Shown here: positions 44,965-61,262 of the stretch, one piece after another
Layout of the letters: every line of letters starts with the position of its first letter
Numbering within the stretch: position 1 is the first letter of the stretch
From: Eledone cirrhosa
Lineage: Eukaryota
Reading direction: 5' to 3'
DNA length: 64,000 nt
Assembly (NCBI GenBank): GCA_964016885.1
Contig: OZ024743.1
Span: 168,516,001-168,580,000 of the forward strand
The notes under the pieces: generated by a model
The model's input: only the letters and a program-made list of their open reading frames with translations
Told to the model about the DNA's origin: nothing
Database searches by the model: none
Translations under genes and position numbers: made by a program

Positions 44965-45222
44965 CCTCTGTCGCTCTCGACTATGCGTGTTCCAGTTGAA
45001 GTTAATGTAAGTGACTGAACATTCCACAGATACGTGTTCCGGTGCATAACAAGATTGGTTATTTGAATCAAAGGGACAGTTCATCCGACGAGCTTCCAAA
45101 CACCTTCCATCTTCTAAAGTTCACTCACAAGTAAATGACACTTACCTAAGATGCCACGCAGTGGGATTGAACCCGGGACCTAATGATTCCAAAGCGAACT
45201 TATTAACCATTCGGCCATGCTG
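44965..45222 (-). mobile_element. tRNA-derived SINE, second family
   Basis: Minus: gcatggccgaatggttaa...gggttcaatcccactgcgtggcatcttaggtaagtgtc; related copies at 47590-47900 and 45703-45925. Confidence 0.7.
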
Positions 45223-46210
45223 TAGATAGACAGATAAATATCTACGAATTAATCTAATCCTAAATCTGTCCAATTATTTGTTTGCATTTCGAGTTATTTA
45301 TCCATCTTCTTTAATATGTGACACACACCCAACATACACAATAATCACGTATATACACTTACATACTAACATATACAATCACGCTCCCACCCCAAACCCC
45401 ACGCACCCTCACACATTAAGAGACAAACAAACATATACATACATAGATACATTGTGAGACAAAGTCGTGTGAAAAAGGTCAGCTTGTAAACCCATTAACC
45501 TTATCTGGTGCACTTAAAAAACGTGTAAGATGCAAATATCTATGGCTATCAGGAAACAGGTGATTTGTTTTTCACTTTCACTTATTTTTAGCTGAGGTAT
45601 AATACGTTTATATAATATACCTATCCCTAATCTAATTGTTTATTCGTAGATGTGGGTGTTCACCTATCCGGATATGTAGCTCGCTATGTATGTACATAGT
45701 GTGGAGGCCCATGGCTCAGTGGTTAGTGTGTTCATGAGTCCCATTCCCGGTGGCACGTTGTGTCCATGAGCAAAACAGTTTTACTTCACGTTGCTCTAAT
45801 TCATTCAAATGGAATAAAGGATTTGTGTCTGGGATTCAAATGGCCAGACTTATCGCACATTGTTTCATGTTGAATCTCCCAGAGAACCACTCTAATGGTA
45901 CGCATGTTAAGGAAAGACCTTTAGTAAACATTATCACCGTTTAACAAGATTGCCACTTTAGGAAGTTGAAGAAATGTTCCAATGGTTTAAACAATAGATT
46001 AGAAGGTGTAGTTTAGTTTATATACCAAATAATTTATTTTTAATTGGTTTGAACACGTGTACAAAGTGTATGCAGCAAGGTTTTCACTGTGAAGATGTCA
46101 ATGAAATAAATGTTTTTAGTAGGCTAAAAATGTAGCGAGGCAGACATTAATTTATCCTTATCACTATTAAAGTTGGTAAAATTTCCGAAGCTGGTTGTAG
46201 GAATGATAAT

Positions 46211-46380
46211 TGTTTCTACTTTTGGCACAACGCCAGCAATTACCCAGTACATTACTGGTACTTTATTTTATCGACCCCGTAAGAATGAAAGACAAAGTTA
46301 ACCTCGGCGGTTAACCTAAAGTGACGTAACTGTGCTGCAAAGCAAGGCGTCCGACCCTCTACCGATACTGCCAATCCACC
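46211..46380 (-). mobile_element. SINE with 14-bp TSD
   Basis: gtaggaatgataat at 46197-46210 and 46381-46394. Confidence 0.88.
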
Positions 46381-47124
46381 GTAGGAATGATAATAATGTT
46401 TCATCCGCAAGGGATTAGAATATTTGGTAAAATAAAGTTGAAAGGCAGTCTAACAAACCACTCACAATGTTAGAGAGAGAAATCAAAACAGTCGGAAGGC
46501 GTGTTACGAGCTGTTGCACTATCAGCGTCCAAAATGCAACTACTATCTAGTTTCGAAAAAGGCGCGTTGTACTGCTGGGCGGAAGTTGTTATATATATTC
46601 ATACGTCACCAATCCTACAGGGCTGGCGACTGCCCAAGCACGACTAAATTACACCACAGCGATAAAATAGTACTATCATGTCTCGCTACAGACTCATCCA
46701 CTTGCCCCTTAATCACATTAGCTCTGCTCGAACATTTGGAACACGTGTTGCAATAACTGACGGAAGTCCAACACACACACACACGGTCTATCTAACTACT
46801 TGGCTAACTATCCAGCTTATCTCGTTTGTGTAATAGATATAGCTTTTGTTCTGTCTTTCTATCTATGTATCTCTCTATCTATCTATCCACAAATCTAACT
46901 ATCCATCCATCTATCTATCACTCATATAGTTTTCTTATCAACTCCCCCTGTCTCTCTCTCTCTCTCTCTCTCTGTTTACACAGATGCACATGCACATATA
47001 TATATATATACATTGTATGATTCTTATATATGTGTATGTGTGTATATGCATGTGCACCAATTATATAGTGTGCATTATATCTCTTAATTCATCTGTCTAG
47101 TCATGTATCTACCAATATAACTAT

Positions 47125-47900
47125 AATTGTTTCTACTTTTGGCACAAAAGTGCATTACTGGTATTTTATTTTATCGACCCCGTAAGGATGAAAGGCAAAG
47201 TTAACCTCGGCGAGATTTGAACTCAGATCGTAAAGGGACGTAACTATGATGGAAAGCATGGCGTCCGACCCTCTACCGATACTGCCAACCCCCCAATATA
47301 ATTATACTGTTAATCAGCTCAGATTTAGAAAACTAAAAGGGTTATTAATATGTAGTAGACGCAGGGCGGTGGATTGGCAGAATCAATAGAGCATCGGACA
47401 AAATGCTTTGTGGTATTTATTTATTTCTGTTCTTAATTCTAATCCCATCGAGCTCAACCTTGTCTTTCCTCCTTCTGGGGATCGATAAAATAAAATAACA
47501 TTTAAGTACTGGGGTCCAAATAATCGACATTCTCCTCTCCTAAATTACTGGTCTTGTGTAAAATGTAGAAACAAAATGTACTAGCTGTAGCATGGCCGAA
47601 TGGCTAAGAAGTTTGCTTGGTAATGATTAGGTTCTGAGTTCGATCCCACAGAGTGACATCTTGGACAAATATTACTTCGTATCGACCCATGCTTTGTGAG
47701 TGAAATTGGGTAGTGAAAACTATTGGGAAATCTGTCGGGTGGGCTATACCTGTAATTCAAAGAATCAGCCTTGTCATAAACTGAGTCAGGATAAATCTAT
47801 ATGAGAATTACATTTAGTGTACACTTTCTGTCGGTTGCAGAGTCATTTACAAGTAAATTTCGTGAGCAAGCGGTCACGTTGAGTAAACAACAGGGACAAC
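47125..47900. mobile_element. Cluster of three SINEs (47125-47292 -, 47365-47575 +, 47590-47900 +)
   Basis: A/B-box heads and family bodies; ccaatataa repeated either side of the first copy. Confidence 0.75.
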
Positions 47901-48656
47901 TGCAGGTCTTTTCCATTAATATGTTCTTGAGTTGATTCGGAACACTAAGGGTGAATCCCCAATCTTTAATCAGAACTCGAACTGAACCACTTCAGTTAGG
48001 GAACCAATTAAATTTAAATAATAACCACTACTTGTTATATGTTGTTGTTTTTTTATCTTAATTTTTGTATTTTATAAGCTGTTTTTCGGATTTCTATTTA
48101 AAACATCAGATATTACAGTTCTGTCAAAGAAAACAAATTCATTAGTGTATATATGTAAAAAAGAATACAAACAGAACGAAGTAAAAGGCGAAAGAGGAGA
48201 TAAGCATTTAAACAAAGTATTAGATTAAGCAAAGTAAACAAAATGTGAATGAAAAGGGTCTGATGTTTTGGGTTAAACCCGCTATCAAAACTGAGTAAAA
48301 GATGAAAAGTGTTAGATCGATGCTGATTTTCTTTATTTGCCCTTCCTCCTACGCACTTGCACTATACAATTGAATGACAGCTCTTCCCCATATAACTTTC
48401 AAGAAATTGTTCCAGCTCTCCAACACTGACATGAAAATACCAGTGACCCAAGCATTTGGCTATATCCAAACCTTTCTCCTATATAAGCTCCTCAAACATT
48501 ACATGTAAGAACTCCACTTAAAGTGGGTGTTTCAAAGAGTGGGAATATATATATATATACACTGTAGTAAAAGTGTGGTAGAAATAGCCAAGGGGAAGAG
48601 CACTCAGTCTATAGGACGACTTAAGTATAATTAGTTAAAACGGTGACATACATAAA

Positions 48657-51336
48657 TACTTAAGTTTCGTTGGGTTATGCACCTAACTCATTCAGTCTGT
48701 TATAAAAACAAAGATGTCCGCCAGTGGTTGAATCTGATTTATTTTATGAAGATTATTCTAGAGTTCTAACAAAAGCAGGTAAATTCGAAAATAGATCTAA
48801 CTAGCTATAAATAGCAAAAATTATTAGATAGGTTGTAGGAAGGGGGTAACTAATATGAAGAGTAGGGAAAATGTATGCCAAGTTAACTCAAAGAATTCAA
48901 ATTCCTTGACATACAAATTAGTAATTCATAGAAAATATATTCTTTAATATTAAAATTAGTTAGTCAGGTCAATACTATTTATTCAGAAAGTACTTCATTT
49001 CGTGCGTACAGCGGCTACAGCAGTCAAGGCGTGTATTTAAGCATTGTTTATCTAGATCTAGTTGAGAGAGAATATTCCATTTTTCAGAGTTACAAAGGCG
49101 GCAACATTTTGTCCCATTAACATAGGTGGTGGATTTTTTTAAATATACTTCATTTAAGACTCCATACATGGTTTTTGGTGACATGTTTTTTGTCAGGATG
49201 TCTAAAGGTTGTTTCATGGTTCAGGTACCGGTATTTGAACCGGCTCTCCAACAGTTCGACATCAGTACAGGCTTCAGTTTGGTGGTCCTGGTTGTTGGAA
49301 CAAACTTCTGTTTGGTTTATCACCGCCAGACTGTTGCACTGTTGGTCTAGTGGGCTTGTCTCTGGTCTTCTGCATGAGCATCCGTACGGTGGGCGGCTTT
49401 TGCGTTTGCCGCTGATGTGGGTTTTAAAGTTAATATTACACGAATAGTCAATTTTCACTATATGGTGATTGAATATTTGTCGATATGTATGGTCAACAGG
49501 GAAGTGGATGTCTAGGTGGGCTAGACATTCTCAACCTACATTAGTTTTCACATTAACTTCGAAAGGTGGTACGAACCATATGCCGTCTTTATGTCTAGGT
49601 TATTTCTTTCTAGATATTGGGCGGCGATCTGGAGTGTAAGTGATGTTTTCAGAGAAGCCGCTGTTGCTTAGGTCTGAATTATAGTTGGGTGCTTCTCTAT
49701 CAAAGATGGCTTTGCTAGAAGAGAGGTTGAATACCCTCTTACTAATGTTATTGATAAGATTTAAAAAAACTATAGGTCTCGAGTCCTAGTGGGTGTATCT
49801 AGGTTTCTCACCGGGCTTGTGGAAAGGTCTGTATGTGCGTGTCTGTAGGTCTAAATTAACGTCTAGGAAGTTAACATTGGTGAGGTTGGTGGTTATTTTT
49901 AATCTTAGGCTGTTGAAGGTAGTGATCAGGTATTTCCTAAAGGTTTCAAGGTCATGGCCACCTTTAGGGCTGGATAGTGCCAGACCTTCGTCACGATATA
50001 GACCTGTAGGGAAGTAAGGGAATTTATTATGTATTGTGTCTAAAATAAACAACCCCACCAAATCGCATGATGATCCCATCGACACATCAAATGGGTTGTT
50101 GATAGTGGATTTCTTTTTGTATGGGTCGTCGTTGTTAAAGAGGAGGGTTTTTCGGCTGTGGGATATGAGTAGTCGGTCTAACTCGTCTATGTTGGTGAAC
50201 TTGCTAGCAAAATCAAGGACCTTAACAAGTAAGGTCCTGGATATCGAGGGGTAAAATTCAATAATGTCAAATTGTGTAAACCTAGCTTTCTTAGTGTGTT
50301 GGAGGACAACTAATCTATAACTGTTTGACTATTATCCCACCGACGAAGCTTGAACTGTTTTCTAATGGGTATATTAATTTTCCTAAGTATGTCTTTACTA
50401 ACAAGTCCTAACCTCGTTTTAGCAGGGTTTATGAGACTGCAAGTAGGTTTATTTACAAAGTCCTCCTTATGGTCCTTAAGAGAAAAATAATACTCTCTCC
50501 TAGCTAAGCACTCTAACTTGTTATCTATTATTAGGGGCGGCTATATTCTTCGCCTTAGTATTGATGGCATAATAGGTAGCAGGGTCAGTGTTTTTGTATT
50601 TAGCCTGTATGGTTTTGTTAAGAAGTTGGTTATAGGTAAACTGATCTAGTTCACACAGATTGTTGGTTTTATCAGATAGGACGAAAACTATATCAGAGAA
50701 TCTGAAGTTTTTAATGTCTCTATTTATTTTATTCTTAAAAGGAATTGGAGTGATTGCGGAAATACGTTAGCAACTAGATTAAGACGATAAGCTTCAAAGT
50801 TGTTCATTTACCTTAGGTGGGTACTTTCTAGACTTAAGGTTGAAAATATTGGCTGTACTTGACAGCATTCCATCAAAGGCTAGTACGCTCCATCTCAATC
50901 GCTTGACCATATCTTCAACTTTGTGGAGGAAGAGTTTAGATTAAGTCCTGCGTAAAAGGGTGGGCATATTATTCAGGGAGTAATCAATCTCTCGGGGGTC
51001 CATTTATAAATGATATAGATCTGACTAACTAATTCAAGGAATATATTTTCTTTGAATTAATAATTAATTTGTATGTCGACGAATATGGATTCTTTGAGTC
51101 AACTTAGCATAACATTTTCTTACACTTCATATTAGTTTTGGAAGAGTTACCTCCTTCAACCTATCTACTAATTTTGTGTATTTATAGTTATTTATAACTA
51201 TTTTCGAAATGACCTACCTTTGTTAAATCTTTCGAATAAACTACATAAAAGAAATCAGATTCAACCACTGGAAAGCATCTTTGTCTTTATAAAAGACTGA
51301 ATGAGTTGGGGTGCATAACCCAACGAAACTTAAGTA
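48657..51336 (-). mobile_element. Full-length decayed PLE (Naiad-type) flanked by about 315-bp inverted repeats, each with a CTGAATGA hammerhead
   Basis: ATG at 51003 (MDPREIDYSLNNMP); MGSSCDLVGLFIL, GLYRDE, VNFLDV, PFHKP, CSCRRP, CCRLCNSEK ending at 48975; inverted arms 48657-48970 and 51018-51336. Confidence 0.9.
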
Positions 51337-51340
51337 CCAG
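51292..51340 (+). ncRNA. Hammerhead-like motif, CTGAATGA core (mirror copy at 48653-48700, minus)
   Basis: CTGAATGA gttggggt-gcata-acccaac GAAA cttaaGTA; palindromic stem III acttaagt. Confidence 0.6.
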
Positions 51341-51363
51341 TATATATCAGTGCTGTAACTAAT

Positions 51364-51508
<145 letters not shown>

Positions 51509-51886
51509 AAAAAGTAAACAGAAATAACAAAGAAGCGACACAGTACAATGAAAAAATATATTAGTTTAACGCTTGAAATAATAGAAAAAGTGCCTGAACG
51601 TTTCGAAAACTATTCCTTAATCAGAAGATAGAATGAGAAATAAAAGATGAAATAGAAAGAAAAAGAGTGTGAAGAGGAAGGAACGGAGAGAGAAAGAGAT
51701 ATAGAAGCAAAATCATCTCCAGTACTACGCTGTTACTTGTTTTTATCGATCTCGATAAGCAAAGTTAAGCTATGTGGGATTTGAACTCAGAGAGCAGAGA
51801 GCCGGAATGAATACCGCAAAGTCTTCTATCCGACATTTAAACGATTATATATATATATATGTATATATACATATATATATTTAAAA

Positions 51887-54813
<2,927 letters not shown>

Positions 54814-55291
54814 TACATATATATATATATACATATATGTATGTATATATATATATTTCGTTTCTGAATTTGTTTAGCAAGATTCTTTATCTGAAATCGT
54901 GTGTTGAAATCGATATTGTTATACTTTGGGAGGGTCATGTTGCCAATAAGAAACGCACGCACCATTTGCTTTCACTTCAATTTATTACAAATTTTATAAA
55001 TTTTATGAATATAAATTTTATAAATTTCCGGTTGGTCGGTTCCACAACCGGATGGTTGTTCTTATATTGTCAAATATCTTTCGTCACACATTATGTGACC
55101 TCTTTAGTGACTGGGGATTCTCTTCTTTGTTTTGTGCCTCTCCTTTGTTCTGTCCTACGCCATCTATATATATATAGGAAAATGTTAGACCCCGACGGCA
55201 GAGCTCAAGCCATTTCGACGGGTATTTCTGAACTAGTATTGAGTACTCTGGTGCTTTATGGTCCATCTGGTTCCTTACCACACCTCCTTCG

Positions 55292-55361
<70 letters not shown>

Positions 55362-55367
<6 letters not shown>

Positions 55368-55680
55368 ATAGAAATAGAATCTTTTGCCGTATTTTTTACT
55401 AAAAACATTTTAGCCTGATAGTGGGGTTTAGAACCCTCTAATAAATGGTTAAAGATGAGCATTGAATGGAAAGAGGGGTGATGTGTTGGTGTAATGGTAG
55501 TGCAGTGGACTGGATAACCAAAGGTGTGGGTTCGACTCCCATCTACGTCAATCCTCATCTTTTTCAATTTTTAGAGGGGTCTAAAGCCCACTATCATGCT
55601 GAAATTTCTTCTGTCAAAAATACGACGAAAGCTTCCATTTCTATTTTCAAACTCGCTCACTGTTTCAAAACAAATGTGCT
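55362..55680 (+). mobile_element. tRNA-headed short element with inverted duplication of its body
   Basis: tRNA-like 55480-55550 (tggtgtaatgg; gtgggttcgactcccat); arms 55362-55465 and 55548-55650; body recurs at 20511-20650. Confidence 0.7.
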
Positions 55681-55700
55681 TATATATATATATATATGTC

Positions 55701-55777
<77 letters not shown>

Positions 55778-56796
55778 ACAGCGCCTACCAAACCCACAAT
55801 GCCTAGCATTGGCAGGTTTATTATTCGGAGATGATCAGCCGCAAAAATAACACCTATTTCGCGGGCCATCTCCGAATGAAATATTTTCTCTATTCGCCGT
55901 TTAAGTTTGCCGTAATTCTTTTCATTGATTAACTAATTATGCAATCTGAACCTGATGATGTCGCTCGGATCTTACGTAACCAGACCATTGAAAACATATA
56001 GTGTATTTTACAACAATAACATTTTAGAAGGATATTCCCTATCCGGCTTCCTGTTTCAATTAATTTAATATTCAACTCCTTTCCTGCACCAGCCACGGGA
56101 TTCAACATCAACGATAGCTGAGTTACATAACGTACAGTGCTTTTCATACTATCCCATCATGGGTAACTAAACGGAATGACCAGTTCTATCCATTAGTGAA
56201 CCACAAAACAAATGAATACAGCCTCTTTAGCAGTCGAGGGCTTTGTGATGTACTGGCGAACAGAGGTCCTGATACCAATATCCGCTTGTGGTGTATACAA
56301 GTTAGGTTTCTGGAAGATCGATCAGTGGAATTTACTTTCTCAACAGGCTTTCGTTCTACCCCAAACCCGGTGTGGAGCACATGTTACTCCCAAGGGAGGT
56401 AACCCCGGTTTCTGGCGGTCAATTCAAAAATTATGGGCAATGGAAAAAATTCCATACACAGACCGTTATTAAACAAACTTAAATAATTAACCAATCAATG
56501 GAATTGTCAAATTAAATTAATCAATTAATCATTAGGTCTAGGAGATAGTAATACAATCGTACAGCATATTCGAAGTTCGATCAGCATCTAAGCCAACGAA
56601 TGCATTCAGCTGTGCAGCCAAGCACTCGACAAGGAATAGACCTCAGAGTAATAACATACAGTTTAAAGGGCTTTGAAAATTGAAAATAGCGACAGCTAAT
56701 TCAGCCGCGTGATATGCAGCAACGAAAGAACTGACTAGAGAGAAAAGGAAATACACACACACATACACTCACAGGCTTTCGTTCTAACCCCAAACC

Positions 56797-56876
<80 letters not shown>

Positions 56877-57709
56877 AAGGAATGTGTAGTTTACTTGAAG
56901 CATTGTATGTGGTATAAAGAATTTGAAGTTTGAGAGCTTCGACAATGCGGGTTTGGACGGGCAATACTTAAATCGTAAGAAACAGGGTTTGTTTTTTTTA
57001 CCTTAATTTATTCAGATGTCCTAATATTTCTAGATTAGTATCGTGTCTTCCGAGGAAGATAAAGGAACTATTCCCGTGTCCGATGTGGCTTGATATACCC
57101 CTCGGTATATATTAATCTCAAAATGTCAGGAATATGAATAAATTAGTGTAAAAAAAACCATCAGTTCCTTATAATTTAATTAGCATAAGGTTTCCTTGCT
57201 AGTACCAGCTGAATCTCAGTCTACTCAATTGGTAAAGTTATGTATAAATCCTAGAAAAGGACCAAGTTATTTGTCTCGATACAATGGGAACCATAAATTT
57301 ATATCGAGTTTCTGCCACACTTAATTCCGTGAGAGAGTGTATAGCATCCATTGACTGCATTTATTATGCAATAACGCACAATTGGTACATGTGGCTACAT
57401 GAGTGGGTCTTGCCTAATCAATAACCAATCGATCGAGAGGATTTAGTTCCGGTGTGCTGGCTATTGCAGTAAATGAAACAAGAGACACAGTAGTAGAGTT
57501 GTAACTAGAATCCCTCCGCGTCATCAAAATGCCGTCAGCCATCTGGCTACTTGAGGCCACACAAAAATAAGATGGTGTACGACAGAACAAAGGAGAGACA
57601 CAAAATAAAAACCCAGTCACAGAGGAGGTCACAGAATGTGTGACGAAAGTGCTTTGACAATATATAAACAACTATCCGGTAATCGAACCAACTAACCGGA
57701 AATTTATAA

Positions 57710-57895
57710 TAATTGTTTCTACTTTAGGCACAAGGCCAGCAATTATCCAGTGCATTACTGGTACTTTATTTTATAGACCCCGTAAGGATGAAAGGCAAAG
57801 TCAACCTCGGCGGGATTTGAACTCAGATCGTAAAGGGACGTAACTATGCTGGAAAGCATGGCGTCCGACCCTCTACTGATACTGCCAATCCACCG
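57710..57895 (-). mobile_element. Full-length tRNA-derived SINE
   Basis: Minus: ggtggattggcagtatcagtagag (A box) ... gagttcaaatccc (B box) ... gcctttcatccttacgggg. Confidence 0.85.
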
Positions 57896-57920
57896 GCAGC
57901 ATAACCTTCCCAAAGTATAT

Positions 57921-58020
<100 letters not shown>

Positions 58021-58149
58021 GTATCATATATATATATGTATATATATACATATATATACACATATATGTATACATATATATATACATATATATACATATA
58101 TATATATATATATACATATATGTATATATACATATATATATATTTAAAA

Positions 58150-58465
58150 AAAATAGAGGTGTGACACACGAGTTGTGATATGTTAGTAAAAAGTAAAGGA
58201 AAATGCTGACAAATTTTTCCCAGTGAAAAATAGTTTAATTAAACTATAAGGAATAAGTATAAATTAGTAATAAGTATTAGTTAGTATTCAGTTTTAGTTT
58301 TAAGTTTTTACCGGTTGCACATTTCTTATGCTTTATGCGCAACCGGTAAAAACTTAAAACTGAAACTGAATACTAACTAATACTTATTACTAATTTATAC
58401 TTATTCCTAATTAAACTATTTTTCACTGGGAAAAATTTGTCAGCATTTTCTTTTCCTTTTCCTAA
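58150..58465. repeat. Foldback of the PLE 3'-terminal sequence seen at 51887-52050
   Basis: aaatgctgacaaatttttcccagtgaaaaatag / ctatttttcactgggaaaaatttgtcagcattt, centre near 58327. Confidence 0.88.
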
Positions 58466-58473
58466 TACATATG

Positions 58474-58551
<78 letters not shown>

Positions 58552-58711
58552 CATATATATATACACACATATACATATATATATATACATCTATATATAC
58601 ATAGATATATACATATATACATATATATATATATATACACACACATATATATATATATACACATATATACACACACACACATATATATACATATACAATC
58701 ATATACATACA

Positions 58712-59601
58712 CCTGCTTCAAGAAATTACCACATTTCAGCGAAAGCATAATCACAGTTATCCGCAGACCTATCCGCAAAGAAGGACAGGACATACAGTTA
58801 GCACATCCCGGCCCGTCACTGCGTGGACACCTGTCTAAAAAGCAATCCAAAGACAACAACAATCGAGGCTCGTTGACTAACTGCCTTTTCCGCGATACAG
58901 GTATGTGCCAGCGGACATATGTTGTATACCGGATTGAATGCAACAAATGTAAGGTGTTCTACATCCGGAGCACGACTCGAGCATTCCACACTCGCATTAA
59001 AGAACACCTCAAAACATACGCATCCTCATTCAGAAAACACATCGACAAATGTAGAAAGATCAATCAACATATTACCGTCACCATTAAAACCAGTGATAGA
59101 AATGTGGGCAACTTAAGAATTAAGGAAGCCTTGCTCATACGTAGACCTAACCTGCAAATAAATAATAGACTAGAACTCAGCACCTAGTACTTGGCATAAA
59201 AAGACACACCCACAAACATAGAAACTAAACTTCTCATATAAAAAAAGAAAATTGATTTCGCGAAATACTATATTGACAATTACCATCATTCGCGTGGAAA
59301 GCGAAGCAACCATCAAAACACGCTTGAAAACGACTTAGAAAAAATTTAATTCAACATCAAAATGTTATCCCAAAGAGAGGAAATTGAAGCTTTATCCACT
59401 GAAGGTTCCTTAAACCCTTATAAGGGGACCATTAGGTCCCGAAATATTGGATAAATAAAAGAACAAAAACAACAGAACAAAGATTACCGGGTAACCTTTA
59501 CTTTCCGTTACCTTATCTTACTGTTCATTTTGCATTGTTTAGCCTTCTATCCCTATCAACGTTATATATTATATACAATGCTGCAAGTAAACTGTAACAT
59601 G

Positions 59602-59602
<1 letters not shown>
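58712..59602 (+). mobile_element. PLE 3' end: GIY-YIG ORF (to 59187), degenerate hammerhead (59413-59452), terminal hairpin, then (TA)n
   Basis: [29 protein letters not shown]...LRIKEALLI...QINN; cttataa ggggacc-atta-ggtccc GAAA tatt. Confidence 0.85.
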
Positions 59603-59699
<97 letters not shown>

Positions 59700-60883
59700 T
59701 GACCTCGACCAGAATGTATTCTGGATTTTATAGAAATACAATAAAACTTTATTTCCAACATAATCACAATGCCTGACATTTTACGGGAAGATTATTTTCG
59801 ATTAAGTCGACCTATTTCATAATTAGTATTTTATGTTATCGAACCCGGAAGGATAAAAAGTGAAAATTGATTCGTAACTGAATACCGGAAGTATATTACA
59901 CCCTTTATTAACGGGCATTCTGTTATGTAAATTATTTCTTTCAAATTAGTACACTTTCATGCAGGGTTGGAACAATCTTCATTAAATTGATCCTCAGTTT
60001 ACCACTGGCACTCTTTTAAGTGAAGGCGCGATGAAAGCCAAATTCTATTTGACAATGTGTTATTTGATCTCGGGATTGATAGAATGGAAACGAAATACTT
60101 TACTATGTTAAGTGTATCACATACAATTGGGACAATATTATTCTCTATTATTCGACATCCCCTGGGGAAAATAACGACGTTGTAAAGAACGTTAGATCTT
60201 ATCTTGAAAAAGGTGATTATCTTCTGTGTAATCAATTATGTGTTGAAATGTGTACGCGGTGTAATAGATAAGACAAGGCGTTGGGTCTGCAGGTTAACAG
60301 CTATTGCCGGAGGAATAAATTTGTAACGGACTAAAAACTTTCTTCGTTAATATTTTTATTTACTAGTTTCCGTTGGAGCTTATTTGGTATAGTTTTTATT
60401 AAAACCCGTAACGAGTACCATTTAACGGTGCACAACTGTTTAGCTTTAAGTTAAACCATTGATTAGATTTTTGTTAAATCTCTTAAGTAAATCAGGATAT
60501 TGTGTTGTTTAGTTCTAAGTTAAATATCTAAACGCCATTGATTCTTGGTTAAATTTTCATCTGCTCCTAGTTCACCTCTACTAAGACAAATTCAATTTTC
60601 CTGTATTCACATTGTTAATGCAACAAAGAAAGAAACAACGTCACAATTTCTTTGATCTTAAATTATATGAACGTTCTTCCTAGTAAAAAAAAACCGATAT
60701 TATACGAAAGTTTATTATAGTATTATGTTTGCTTTACTCTCTTCTAAATTCAAATAGCCACAAACTTGGCTTTTACTTTTGCCAGATCAATAAAATAAAT
60801 ACCAATAATATATTGAAGACGTTTCAATTAATGATATCCCATCCCTTGCAAAAAATTGTTTTGTTTTTATTCGAGGAAAAGAG

Positions 60884-61262
60884 AGGTGGATTAGCAGTAT
60901 CGTTAGAGTAACGATGCTTTGCGGCATTTAGTTACAATTTTCAAGTTTTGACTTCAAACTTTGCCGACGTCCACTTTGCCTCTCATCCTTCCGAGGTCGA
61001 TAAAATATAGTACCTGTCAAGTAATAGGTTTTCCTCTCGCTCCAAAATTACTGGCCATATGCTTAAAGTAGAAACCATTATTCAAAGAAAGGTTATTGTG
61101 ATTAAGGTGGCGATTTTAGGAGTCTTTAGGACGTCGGGTAGAATGCTTTGCGGTATTCGTTTTGGTTGTTTGCTCTCTAAGTTCAAATACCGCTGATGTC
61201 AACTTTGCCGTTAATCCATTCCAGGTCGATAAAAAAAAGTGCCAGTCTAGTACTGGGTTCGA
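60884..61262 (+). mobile_element. Two older SINE copies
   Basis: ggtggattagcagtatcgttagag...ctttgcctctcatccttccgaggtcgataaaat; gttcaaatacc...ccaggtcgataaaa. Confidence 0.7.

Noticed and set aside
55480-55550. Functional tRNA gene (also 15686-15763, 45150-45222 and 47590-47660)
   Set aside because: D and anticodon stems pair poorly and the sequences continue into repeat bodies or (TA)n, so they are SINE heads
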